A stretch of 64,000 bases of DNA, taken from the NCBI GenBank assembly GCA_963704655.1, contig OY969927.1:1234078-1298077 (forward strand). Reading direction: 5' to 3'. This document shows, in pieces, positions 50,711-59,107 of the stretch. This DNA comes from an uncultured Candidatus Babeliaceae bacterium (lineage in GTDB: Bacteria > Babelota > Babeliae > Babelales > Babelaceae). The notes below the pieces were generated by a model that was not told the DNA's origin, searched no databases, and saw nothing but the letters and a program-made list of their open reading frames with translations. The translations under genes and the position numbers were made by a program. Every line of letters starts with the position of its first letter. The first letter of the stretch is position 1.

Positions 50711-51628
50711 ATGAATATTTTTATAGATGATTCTGGTTCTATACCAGTAAAAGTTATTGCTTCTAACGAGTCATGTATTAATTGTGTTGTGGCTGTTGTA
50801 ATGAGTGATGAAGCACTAAAAGAGTGGGAGCGATTTTGCAAGGAGGAGCTTTTGCCATTTAATATAACAAAGGGCAGCGATCTTAAAGAATCGGAGTTTG
50901 ATGTTGTACAGATACTTGCCATTTTGAATAAGCTTTCACAGATTGGTGTAGAAATTTTTATTGTAGAAACAGACTCATATGCATATTCAGAAAGAATAGT
51001 TGGGCAGCATAAAGCAAGTTATATTAATTCTATGCTGTCTGTGACCCAGAATCATCCTTGGTATTTGAGGGGCGGGGTCGATAAACATGTCAAGAATATA
51101 TTGCCGCTGAGTTTGGGGCAATATCTTAAAACAATGTTAATAGTTCAGCTTCAAGAAAATGTTATTAGAGGAGTTATGAACAAGCAGCAAAAATATTCTG
51201 AATTTTTTTTAGCGGATTTTAGCTGGTATTGCGACAGGTTAGATAAAGAAACGTGGGATTTGGTGAAGTATCTTGTTAGATTACAGCTAAATTCACGTAG
51301 TCAACAAAATCCTGTAAATATCAATGATGTTACTAAGATCATACATTTACTTGATCCCGAAAAGAAATTTTTAAATGTTACTAAACTGACGGATAATTTT
51401 TCTTTTAATGATGATAAAGTTTGCTTAGGTGTTAAGGCTGCAGATTTTGTTGCAAATTTTAGAAGAAGAATTTTGCGAGGTAGATTGCAGGGTTCGGGCG
51501 TAAAAGAATGGTATGATGTGCAATTAAAGGGCCCCTATAACTTAAGTCAAATCCACTTTAATAAAGATGTATTGGTGATAGATAAGGAGATATGTATATC
51601 AAGCAGATCAGAAAAAAAATCTATCTAA
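50711..51628 (+). CDS. DUF3800-like protein (predicted RNase H-like nuclease); ORF could extend to 50678
   Basis: N-terminal IFIDDSG, KG, FSWYCD, C-terminal GVKAADFVAN..RR; AAAGGG RBS before 50711. Confidence 0.72.
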   Translation: MNIFIDDSGSIPVKVIASNESCINCVVAVVMSDEALKEWERFCKEELLPFNITKGSDLKESEFDVVQILAILNKLSQIGVEIFIVETDSYAYSERIVGQHKASYINSMLSVTQNHPWYLRGGVDKHVKNILPLSLGQYLKTMLIVQLQENVIRGVMNKQQKYSEFFLADFSWYCDRLDKETWDLVKYLVRLQLNSRSQQNPVNINDVTKIIHLLDPEKKFLNVTKLTDNFSFNDDKVCLGVKAADFVANFRRRILRGRLQGSGVKEWYDVQLKGPYNLSQIHFNKDVLVIDKEICISSRSEKKSI

Positions 51629-51655
51629 GCCCGCTTGATTGTTGCTGCTATTTAC

Positions 51656-51690
51656 AAAAGGAGCCGATTTTTAAGCCGGCTCCTTTTTTT
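51656..51690. terminator. Bidirectional rho-independent terminator
   Basis: aaaaggagccg...cggctcctttttt. Confidence 0.8.
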
Positions 51691-51702
51691 GAAATTGTTA
51701 AA

Positions 51703-52134
51703 TTATCTAAATCTTATTTCTTGAATACTATGTTGAGCAGTTTCCCAATCACCAGCCTTACACCATTTAACAAGATTATTATTGAAGAAATGAAGCCAAT
51801 ATGCATCCAATTGCCCCTTTAAAAGAGGATAAAAGGGAGCAAATAGACCTAGGGTATATACCGAAAGAAGAATATAACCTGTCATTTGTTGATCTGTAAG
51901 ACCAGAATCAACAAGATATTCATACGTTTCTATCTGTTGGCCGTGGTCATTTATCATAGAGCCACGATAAACCGTTGGTTGCCCTATTTTTTCTATAACT
52001 TGCTCTTTAGACATACCCATTTTTAAAAAATGAAGCTTTTCTGATTTAATGCTTCTCTTACATGACGTCAACACAAGCATTAAAGCCAAGCCTAATATTA
52101 AAATCTTTTTCACAATTTGCTCCTTAAATGACAA
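51703..52134 (-). CDS. Lipoprotein, SmpA/OmlA (BamE)-like
   Basis: Lipobox LTSC, LKMGMSKEQVIEKIGQP. Confidence 0.65.
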   Translation of the reverse strand: MSFKEQIVKKILILGLALMLVLTSCKRSIKSEKLHFLKMGMSKEQVIEKIGQPTVYRGSMINDHGQQIETYEYLVDSGLTDQQMTGYILLSVYTLGLFAPFYPLLKGQLDAYWLHFFNNNLVKWCKAGDWETAQHSIQEIRFR

Positions 52135-52447
52135 TTATTTTCATTAAATACCTATAATTTAATAATTACAAATACAATAATATGTGTCAAGCGGGTCTCT
52201 ATATAATGCTCCATTGGCCCATATTGAAAATTGCCTATATGAAACATCGCAATGGGGCAGACTATTAAAGCCAATTGGCTTTTCAATCTTTAAAACCGTT
52301 GTCTATAAGATAAGTTGTACGCATGATTAATTAATTATGAGGCTGCTATGGACAGCAAGATCAAACGGCTTAATGGTTTAGCCTTATATTTCACACATCT
52401 GCATGTATTGATTTAAAAACATTGTTTTATTTATATTTTTAAATAAT

Positions 52448-54478
52448 GTGCGTTTAGGGAGTATCATGATTAATTTTAGGTTCATTTTTTTTCTATGTTT
52501 CATTGGACTTTATAGTTTTTGCACCGTTAATCTTAATGATTCATCTTTAAGTATTGTTGAGATAGTAAACAAATATAAAGATTGGCCCGGAGCGGCTGAT
52601 TATGTAATTGGGTATAAATATCTCAGGGCAAAAGGGACGGAACAAGATTTTAAAAATGCTGAGAAGTTTTTTATGAGGGCCTTTGAAAAGGGTAATCTTG
52701 ATGCGGCGTATTACTTGGCAGAAATCTATCACACCAGCCCTTCAGGACAAAAAGATCCCGTTAAAGCGGCATTTTATTGTAAAATTGCTGCCGATAGAGG
52801 CGATGCCGATGCTCAGTTTAATATGGGTCTTTTTTATGATCAGGGCGTTGGAGTAGAAAAGGACCCCGTCTTGGCATTTTATTATTATAAAAAGGCTGCA
52901 GATGCAAATATTGCCGATGCGCAGACTAATGTTGGCCTTGCGTATAGAAGCGGCAGGGGAGTAACGCAGAATTTTGCCGAAGCTCTTAGGTATCTTGAAA
53001 TGGCTGAAAGAGCCGGTATTCCTGAGGCTATGGTTAACCTTGGGCTTATGTATAATGATGGTTTAGGGGTTCCAAAAGATTTTGATAAAGCGTCTCATTA
53101 TTTTAAAAGGGCGGGGGATAAAGGTAACCCTCGCGGTTATTATGAACTGGGTATTTTATATCAAAGTGCTTCAGTAGAAAAGCGTGACTATAAAAAAGCT
53201 TTTGAATTTCTTGAAAAGGCTGCAAAGCAAAATTATGTTAAAGCTTTCGATGGAATAGGTTTTATGTATGAAAATGGGCTAGGTGTTGAAAAAAATTCAA
53301 GTAAGGCCATTGAATATTATAAACATGCAGCAGTAGCCGGCTTTACCGCATCTCAATATAATCTAGGCTTGTTATTATTTGATCAAAAAAATTATAAAGA
53401 GGGCTTTGTTTGGATGCTTAAGGCTGCAGAAAAAAAATATACAGGAGCGCTCTATTTTTTAGGGTTTAACGCTTTGAACGGAATAAATGAGAATGGCGAA
53501 AATATAGAGCCTGACTATGAAAAGGCCTTTAATTATTTTAAAGAGGCTGCGCAATTGGGTTCATACAATGCCAAGTATTATCTTGCGCAATTTTATAGAA
53601 TAGGGCTTTATGTTCAAAAAGATTCTGCCCAGGCTCAACGCATATTTAATGAAATATTGAATTCTGAAGATACCGTTGCATTATTTAATAAAGCATTGCT
53701 GTACGAAATGGGTGATGGTACTTCTAAAAATCTTATAAAAGCACAAGAATATTATCAAAAAGCTTTTTTAGCCTCTCCAAGTGAACTTGAAAAAGCTGGA
53801 CTCGATCGTGTAAACGCTAAGATTAAGCGGGCTGAAGATTTAGCAGCCGAGATTTTACGTGAATCAACTGCTTCATCTTCAACAAAAAAATCTGCTTCAA
53901 AAGGTAAGGCTCAAGCAGAGCCAACAGAATCAGAAACTTCGTTACCGCAAGAGTTTGAAGCGCTTGAGATAGATATAGCAGGTGAAAAATTAAAAAAAGT
54001 TCTTAATACAGAATTAATGTATGATGATAAAAGCATTATTACCGATATTAATACCGAAACAAAACAAATAACGGTAACTTCTCCGCGCGATAATTCTGTA
54101 GCAACCATCTATCTTGAAGATTTTAAGCTTCTTACCAAGGCAAAACTAAAGTCGCTTAAAAAATTTACGTATGATAAGCGTATTAAAAAGTGGTTTGGTT
54201 CAAAAAATGAATTGAAGATTTATACGCCTCAAGAGATAGATAGACACGCTTTCCCTCAACGCGTTGATCAGCTAGTTAACTTGTATGGCGATAAAGCAAC
54301 CTTTGTAACTGCAGATGGCTCACTAGAGAGAAATAAGATGTTAAAAGGTTCTATAAAGACAGCATCGGGAACTATTTATGAAGGCATATTTGAATATGCC
54401 TATTATAAAGATAAGAACAATAATAAGATTTTATATCACAGATTTTTACACCCGTATTCTCGAGCTGTTGCAGTATAG
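52448..54478 (+). CDS. Sel1-like repeat protein with conserved C-terminal domain; paralog of 34256..36226
   Basis: AQFNMGLFYDQGVGV, AMVNLGLMYNDGLGV repeats; RHAFP...YHRFLH. Confidence 0.88.
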   Translation: MRLGSIMINFRFIFFLCFIGLYSFCTVNLNDSSLSIVEIVNKYKDWPGAADYVIGYKYLRAKGTEQDFKNAEKFFMRAFEKGNLDAAYYLAEIYHTSPSGQKDPVKAAFYCKIAADRGDADAQFNMGLFYDQGVGVEKDPVLAFYYYKKAADANIADAQTNVGLAYRSGRGVTQNFAEALRYLEMAERAGIPEAMVNLGLMYNDGLGVPKDFDKASHYFKRAGDKGNPRGYYELGILYQSASVEKRDYKKAFEFLEKAAKQNYVKAFDGIGFMYENGLGVEKNSSKAIEYYKHAAVAGFTASQYNLGLLLFDQKNYKEGFVWMLKAAEKKYTGALYFLGFNALNGINENGENIEPDYEKAFNYFKEAAQLGSYNAKYYLAQFYRIGLYVQKDSAQAQRIFNEILNSEDTVALFNKALLYEMGDGTSKNLIKAQEYYQKAFLASPSELEKAGLDRVNAKIKRAEDLAAEILRESTASSSTKKSASKGKAQAEPTESETSLPQEFEALEIDIAGEKLKKVLNTELMYDDKSIITDINTETKQITVTSPRDNSVATIYLEDFKLLTKAKLKSLKKFTYDKRIKKWFGSKNELKIYTPQEIDRHAFPQRVDQLVNLYGDKATFVTADGSLERNKMLKGSIKTASGTIYEGIFEYAYYKDKNNNKILYHRFLHPYSRAVAV

Positions 54479-54730
54479 TGTAAAAACTTAAATGTGTTGG
54501 GGATTGAAAGTGATATTATGCGGCTGCCGCCGAGGGCTTGAAGGCTTGTGTGCGCAAGCCTTCAAAATTCGCGCACTCTTGCAGAGAGCTGGCGCTTCAA
54601 TTCAATCGGCATAGCACTGGGTGCTGAGCCTCAATCAGAGAACCGCCTCGAATTTTATTTTGTTTTAGTTTGTTTGCCCATGTCCGCCGAATTCACGCTA
54701 CCTTAATAATTTCGGTATCGCAATAGCGCT

Positions 54731-55129
54731 TTAGGCCTTTTGTAGTAATTCTACAACAGGTAAATCTGGCTGCGGATAGGTGAAATTTGAAAGTTCTGCG
54801 GGTGTAACCCATGCACATGCTGAATGTTCATTAAGCTTAATCTCGCCTTGAAACGAGCGGATCATAAAGACACACATGTCGTATTCTGTATTATTAAGAT
54901 AAAAGCTGCTGGTGCACAACTGTTCGCCTATTTCTGCGTGAATGCTAAGCTCTTCATAAAGTTCGCGTTTAAGGCATTCTTGTAATGTTTCGCCGGCTTC
55001 TACTTTACCACCAGGAAATTCCCAGAAACCTGGATGGCACTTTGCTTGCTGTGAACGTTGGGCAATTAAGATTTTGCCATTTTTTTCAATCACCGCAGCG
55101 GCGATATATTTTTTATTGGTGTTTTGCAT
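54731..55129 (-). CDS. MutT/NudG-like NUDIX hydrolase
   Basis: WEFPGGKVEAGETLQECLKRELYEEL. Confidence 0.9.
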   Translation of the reverse strand: MQNTNKKYIAAAVIEKNGKILIAQRSQQAKCHPGFWEFPGGKVEAGETLQECLKRELYEELSIHAEIGEQLCTSSFYLNNTEYDMCVFMIRSFQGEIKLNEHSACAWVTPAELSNFTYPQPDLPVVELLQKA

Positions 55130-55138
55130 GTCAATTTA

Positions 55139-55801
55139 TTATGAGTGTTTATTACATGAGTTGAAAGTCTCTGTCAGGGTATCGGCCTCATTTTTCCCGC
55201 CTACTTTTTCAAGCATCTGCGCTGCTTGCTCACAAACTGTTGGTATGCCAGAGGCATTTGTTTCATAACCTTTTTTTTCTAAACTCTTTATAAGACAATC
55301 TCTGAATGTTTTTTTTGCTTCAAATATTTTATTGCTTTTAACTGCTGCTGCAGTGCGAGCGATTTGTTCTTCGCTTGGAAAAAAATATGATGCGATGTTG
55401 CACGCTATAGGATACAATTCATTAACGGCATAAACACTAATAGCTAGCGCTACTATTGCGGCACTAATTTGTGAAATTTTAGCTACTCTTTCTATATCTT
55501 GAATCATTAACGTTTCTTCTCCAGCGGTCAATTCTCTTTGTTCTGCGGCTAATTTTGAAGATGTTTTTTCTAGTTGAGAGCTCAATGAATATGTCATATA
55601 CATAGCTGTACCAGCTCCAAGAACTGCAGTTGTTAATGCAATGGCAGAAACTTTGTTATTTTGAATTACGTCTGTGTTAAAATTTTGTGCTATTGGCAAA
55701 AGCATCCACCAGCTGTTTGTAAAAAAACCACCTAAATTATCTTTGCTGGTGATGGCAAACGGCATTAAAAGTACGCTTAAAAAGATGGTTTTGTAGTTCA
55801 T
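55139..55801 (-). CDS. Hypothetical membrane/secreted protein
   Basis: Signal peptide plus TM segments. Confidence 0.55.
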   Translation of the reverse strand: MNYKTIFLSVLLMPFAITSKDNLGGFFTNSWWMLLPIAQNFNTDVIQNNKVSAIALTTAVLGAGTAMYMTYSLSSQLEKTSSKLAAEQRELTAGEETLMIQDIERVAKISQISAAIVALAISVYAVNELYPIACNIASYFFPSEEQIARTAAAVKSNKIFEAKKTFRDCLIKSLEKKGYETNASGIPTVCEQAAQMLEKVGGKNEADTLTETFNSCNKHS

Positions 55802-55897
55802 AATACGGCCTTTGGGGGGAGTTAAAGATAGTATTTGGAAATCTTACACAGGATGTACGATTGGCCTGCAACCGATCCAAATATTCTGAATGCGGTG

Positions 55898-55932
55898 TGG
55901 CCTGCCAGGCATTTTTCCTGAAGAAAAATGAC
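55898..55932 (-). repeat. Palindromic tRNA 3' trailer element (copy 1)
   Basis: Minus strand gtcatttttc-ttcag-gaaaaatgcctggcaggcca directly after CCA of tRNA-Lys(CTT). Confidence 0.75.
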
Positions 55933-56008
55933 TGGTGAGCCGCGTTGGGATCGAACCAACGACCCACAGATTAAGAGTCTGTTGCTCTACCAGCTGAGCT
56001 AGCGGCTC
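55933..56008 (-). tRNA. tRNA-Lys (anticodon CTT)
   Basis: gagccgctagctcagctggtagagc...ctCTTaa...ttcga...gcggctcacca, 76 nt cloverleaf. Confidence 0.95.
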
Positions 56009-56046
56009 ATTATATATTCAAATTTAATGTTAATTATACTTTAACA

Positions 56047-56553
56047 CTAATTTGCGCAAGATTCAAAACTTTTTTCAAGATATCCATTTGCTAAATCGAG
56101 TGTATATTTTTGGATAACAGAATCTGTTTTTCTTGAATAGGGTGGTATGCAGCTTGAAAAGGTGCCGTATGTTTCGATCTGAAATTCAAGAGTGTTTTCA
56201 TCACCATATTCTGGTTCTGAAAAGTCTGAAAAGGTAATTACGTAGTTACCGATCATGGTATTAAAAGGAAACTGATACGTGACCGCATCATTTTCAATAT
56301 CTTTACATTCCAGGTGGCCGATAGATACTATATTTAGGTTATTTGCGGGTGCGTCTTTAGGGGTTACTATCTCAGTGCTTGTCCCTGGCGCAAGTTTAAT
56401 TTCATTGTCTGCCATGGTTATTTTAATAGTGCCTGGGAGATTATTAACTACGGTATAGCTATATTCAGTGGGCACTGGCAAATAACTGAAGATATTTTTT
56501 GGTGTGATAGCAGTTAAAAGAATAAAAATCCATAATTTAAGAGATAATTTCAT
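56047..56553 (-). CDS. Hypothetical secreted protein
   Basis: Signal peptide, 168 aa. Confidence 0.55.
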   Translation of the reverse strand: MKLSLKLWIFILLTAITPKNIFSYLPVPTEYSYTVVNNLPGTIKITMADNEIKLAPGTSTEIVTPKDAPANNLNIVSIGHLECKDIENDAVTYQFPFNTMIGNYVITFSDFSEPEYGDENTLEFQIETYGTFSSCIPPYSRKTDSVIQKYTLDLANGYLEKSFESCAN

Positions 56554-56732
56554 AGGGCTACGTCCTTCTGGTTTAATTCTAAATTTACACTTTCTAGTGT
56601 ACTATTTTCTAAATTAATAGTCTTTTGGGCCAGTAATAGGTTGATTGGATAGTTCCATAGAGACAAAATTATCTTTTTTTACTATTTTTAAAAGGCTTTA
56701 TAGTAATTAATAGAGGTTTTTTGGTATTTTTC

Positions 56733-56761
56733 TTGACAAAATATGCTCCAACATATAACTT
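56733..56761 (+). promoter_or_regulatory. Putative sigma70 promoter of tRNA-Lys/Glu operon
   Basis: TTGACA - 17 nt - TAACTT. Confidence 0.5.
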
Positions 56762-56779
56762 TATACCATATCTTGATAC

Positions 56780-56855
56780 GAGCCGCTAGCTCAGTTGGTA
56801 GAGCAACAGACTTTTAATCTGTGGGTCGATGGTTCGAATCCATCGCGGCTCACCA
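56780..56855 (+). tRNA. tRNA-Lys (anticodon TTT)
   Basis: 76-nt cloverleaf, ctTTTaa loop, encoded CCA. Confidence 0.96.
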
Positions 56856-56953
56856 AAAACCTTTCTGGTTTTTGGTATAGTCACCCAAGTATCATTTATT
56901 CTCTTGAAATATAGTTCTCTTAGTTTATACTCAGAGACACTTTTAAATTTACT

Positions 56954-57029
56954 GTCCCTATCGTCTAGTGGCCTAGGACATTGCCCTTTCACGGCAGAAA
57001 CAGGGGTTCGACTCCCCTTAGGGACGCCA
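56954..57029 (+). tRNA. tRNA-Glu (anticodon TTC)
   Basis: gtccctatcgtctagtggcctaggac...ctTTCac...ggttcgactcc...tagggacgcca. Confidence 0.95.
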
Positions 57030-57064
57030 GTCATTTTTCCTGAAGAAAAATGCCTGGCAGGCCA
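57030..57064 (+). repeat. Palindromic tRNA 3' trailer element (copy 2)
   Basis: gtcatttttc-ctgaa-gaaaaatgcctggcaggcca directly after CCA of tRNA-Glu. Confidence 0.75.
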
Positions 57065-57084
57065 GCCCTTCGCTAAAGTCTCTT

Positions 57085-57336
57085 ATGTTTTACGTTTATT
57101 ATCTCAAATCATTATCATTCCCCGCTAAAACATACATAGGCTTTACATCTAACTTAAAACAACGTTTAGCTGAACATAACTTGGGTAAATCTGTATATAC
57201 AAAAGATTTTGCGCCCTGGGCGCTCGTTGGCTTTTTAGGATTCGACAAAGAAGCCAAAGCGCATAGATTTGAACACTATTTAAAATCGAATGCGGGCAGA
57301 ATATTTTTAAAACGATATTTTAAAGATTCAGAATGA
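57085..57336 (+). CDS. Small GIY-YIG nuclease family protein
   Basis: FYVYYLKS...TYIGFTSNLKQRLAEHN...E..LKS..GR. Confidence 0.9.
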   Translation: MFYVYYLKSLSFPAKTYIGFTSNLKQRLAEHNLGKSVYTKDFAPWALVGFLGFDKEAKAHRFEHYLKSNAGRIFLKRYFKDSE

Positions 57337-57428
57337 GAAGGCGAAATAGTATTTGACCATTATGCATATTCCTGCTAACTTTTAGCGTCAATCAATCTGT
57401 TAATTTTTCTTCATCTGGGAGTTATGCT

Positions 57429-57833
57429 ATGTATAAAAAATGCTTTGTATTCTTGTCTATCGCGTCCGCTGCGCACGCATTGGACATAAAGGACGCCTTT
57501 GGCCTTACACCATTAAATATGGCTGCTTTGAGTCAGGCGGAGCGAAAGCAATTCAAAGTATCGGATCATGAAGTAATCACAGAAAAAGAATATGATACGA
57601 AATGTACCCGGATGGCTGCAGCGCTCCTATTTGGTGGGGCAGACTTATCACTTCCAGACAACAATGGAATGAATGTTATCCAAAGGGCTGAAAAAAACAA
57701 AAATGTGATGCCACTGATGTATGAGCTCATTAAGGCAGCCCATGTTAGTGATGAATGGAATTGGAATCCCCACTCAGGGCTGACATGGCCTGATTTCCAA
57801 GCCGCGCAAGCCGTTTTGAATAAGTATAGGTAA
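57429..57833 (+). CDS. Small secreted ankyrin-like protein
   Basis: DAFGLTPLNMAA, LLFGGAD...DNNG. Confidence 0.6.
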   Translation: MYKKCFVFLSIASAAHALDIKDAFGLTPLNMAALSQAERKQFKVSDHEVITEKEYDTKCTRMAAALLFGGADLSLPDNNGMNVIQRAEKNKNVMPLMYELIKAAHVSDEWNWNPHSGLTWPDFQAAQAVLNKYR

Positions 57834-58073
57834 CATAAGTTAACGCTGAAGAGCATTCTTTAGGCTTCAAGTATTGGGATTTTTATAGCTTGTTAGGTAA
57901 GACCTTATGTTTTTCAAACTGCCGAAGAAAAGCTTGAACCGGAAGAAAAAAAACTTCCGAGATCATTAAAACTAAAGAAGTATTTCAAATTGTCTTGATC
58001 AAAAATAAATAGATTTCAGACCCATGAAAATGGGTCTCTCTTTATAGATATCTATATTTCTAATGTCTTACGG

Positions 58074-58211
58074 TCTATCCATACGGCTAAATATAGACCG
58101 TGGCAGCTTATTATGTATTTAGGATTTGTAGAACAATCAAAAGCCAAAGAATTCGAAGAGTATTTAAAATCGCAATCTGTTAGGGCGTTCGCAAAGAAAA
58201 GGTCCTGGTAA
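58074..58211 (+). pseudogene. C-terminal remnant of a second GIY-YIG nuclease
   Basis: Own translation SIHTAKYRPWQLIMYLGFVEQSKAKEFEEYLKSQSVRAFAKKRSW*, aligns with C-half of 57085..57336. Confidence 0.7.
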
Positions 58212-58212
58212 A

Positions 58213-58359
58213 ATGAAAAAACGACCAAGCTTTGAAGCGTTTAAAAAAACAGCAATGCAGGATGAAAAATTTAAAACTGAGTATGAATTATTACGACCAG
58301 GGTTTGAAATAGCAGAAAAAATTATCAAAGCTAGAAAAAGCCTCTCTTTTCCCAATTAA
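58213..58359 (+). pseudogene. Truncated XRE/HigA-type antitoxin (HTH lost)
   Basis: MKKRPSFEAFKKTAMQDEKFKTEYELLRPGFEIAEKIIKARK then stops where the HTH would begin. Confidence 0.6.
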
Positions 58360-58430
58360 GAATACCTATCTTTAAGTAACAATAAAACTTTCTTTACCAT
58401 AGCATCGCATGCAGCGAGTGAAGTTGAATC

Positions 58431-58862
58431 TTACGTCAAAACACTTGAATGATTAAGTATGTTTGCAAGGCGAGATTGAACACGCGCAAGTTCATCGCCT
58501 TTAATAATCTGCTCATATTGTCTTGAACAATATCGCTCTTTTAAAACTTCTTCTGGCGCGTGAACAAAGATAACTAAAAAATTCTTGAAAACGTATTCAT
58601 TAAGAGCATCTACTTTTTGTGTCTTTATGCCATGCCCACCGCGCCAAAGATCGCCATAGACAATTTCGCTAAAATGGCCCCTATCAAAAATAGCTTTATC
58701 CGCGCGCATATACGAATTCATATAGCGCTCAAATTGATCCCCATCTTCATGCCCAAGATTTACAATATTCCAGCCTGAATGACTTAAGTGGCCATGAAGT
58801 ATATTAATTAATGTTGTCTTGCCTGAACAATCAGACCCTTCAACGATGATACCCTTAATCAT
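58431..58862 (-). pseudogene. Thymidylate kinase-like P-loop kinase, probably with premature stop
   Basis: IIVEGSDCSGKTT, FDRGHFSEIVYG; frame continues past TAA as DSTSLAACDAMVKKVLLLLKDRYS. Confidence 0.6.
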
Positions 58863-58943
58863 TTAAAATTCCACATTCTAGTGTGTAAGCGACTGGCATG
58901 GAAGTCGAGGGCTACTTGTGGATGTAAAGAAAGGCCCGCCGCT

Positions 58944-58988
58944 TTTTTGTTTTTCGGCGCTTACGCGGGCGATGATAATAGCTTTCAT
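58944..58988 (-). pseudogene. N-terminal stub of a serine recombinase
   Basis: MKAIIIARVSAEKQK matches the (Y/I)ARVS..Q catalytic motif, then diverges. Confidence 0.55.
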
Positions 58989-59071
58989 GATGTATGCTCT
59001 TGGTTGAGGATGTAATATTCTGATCACACAATTTTATCAATTTTACCGTGAAAATCATATTAAATTTATTC

Positions 59072-59101
59072 TTGATATATCATACTACCTTGTAGTATAC
59101 T
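59072..59101 (+). promoter_or_regulatory. TA promoter with overlapping operator palindrome
   Basis: TTGATA - 18 nt - TATACT; atactac-ctt-gtagtat inverted repeat at 59082-59098. Confidence 0.6.
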
Positions 59102-59107
59102 TGTAAT

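Noticed and set aside
52190-52440. Intergenic stretch possibly hiding a gene remnant or RNA
   Set aside because: No convincing ORF, repeat or stable structure could be identified by eye.
56786-57128. ORFs 56786..57034 and 56829..57128, and similarly 55737..55967
   Set aside because: They are shadow ORFs over tRNA genes.
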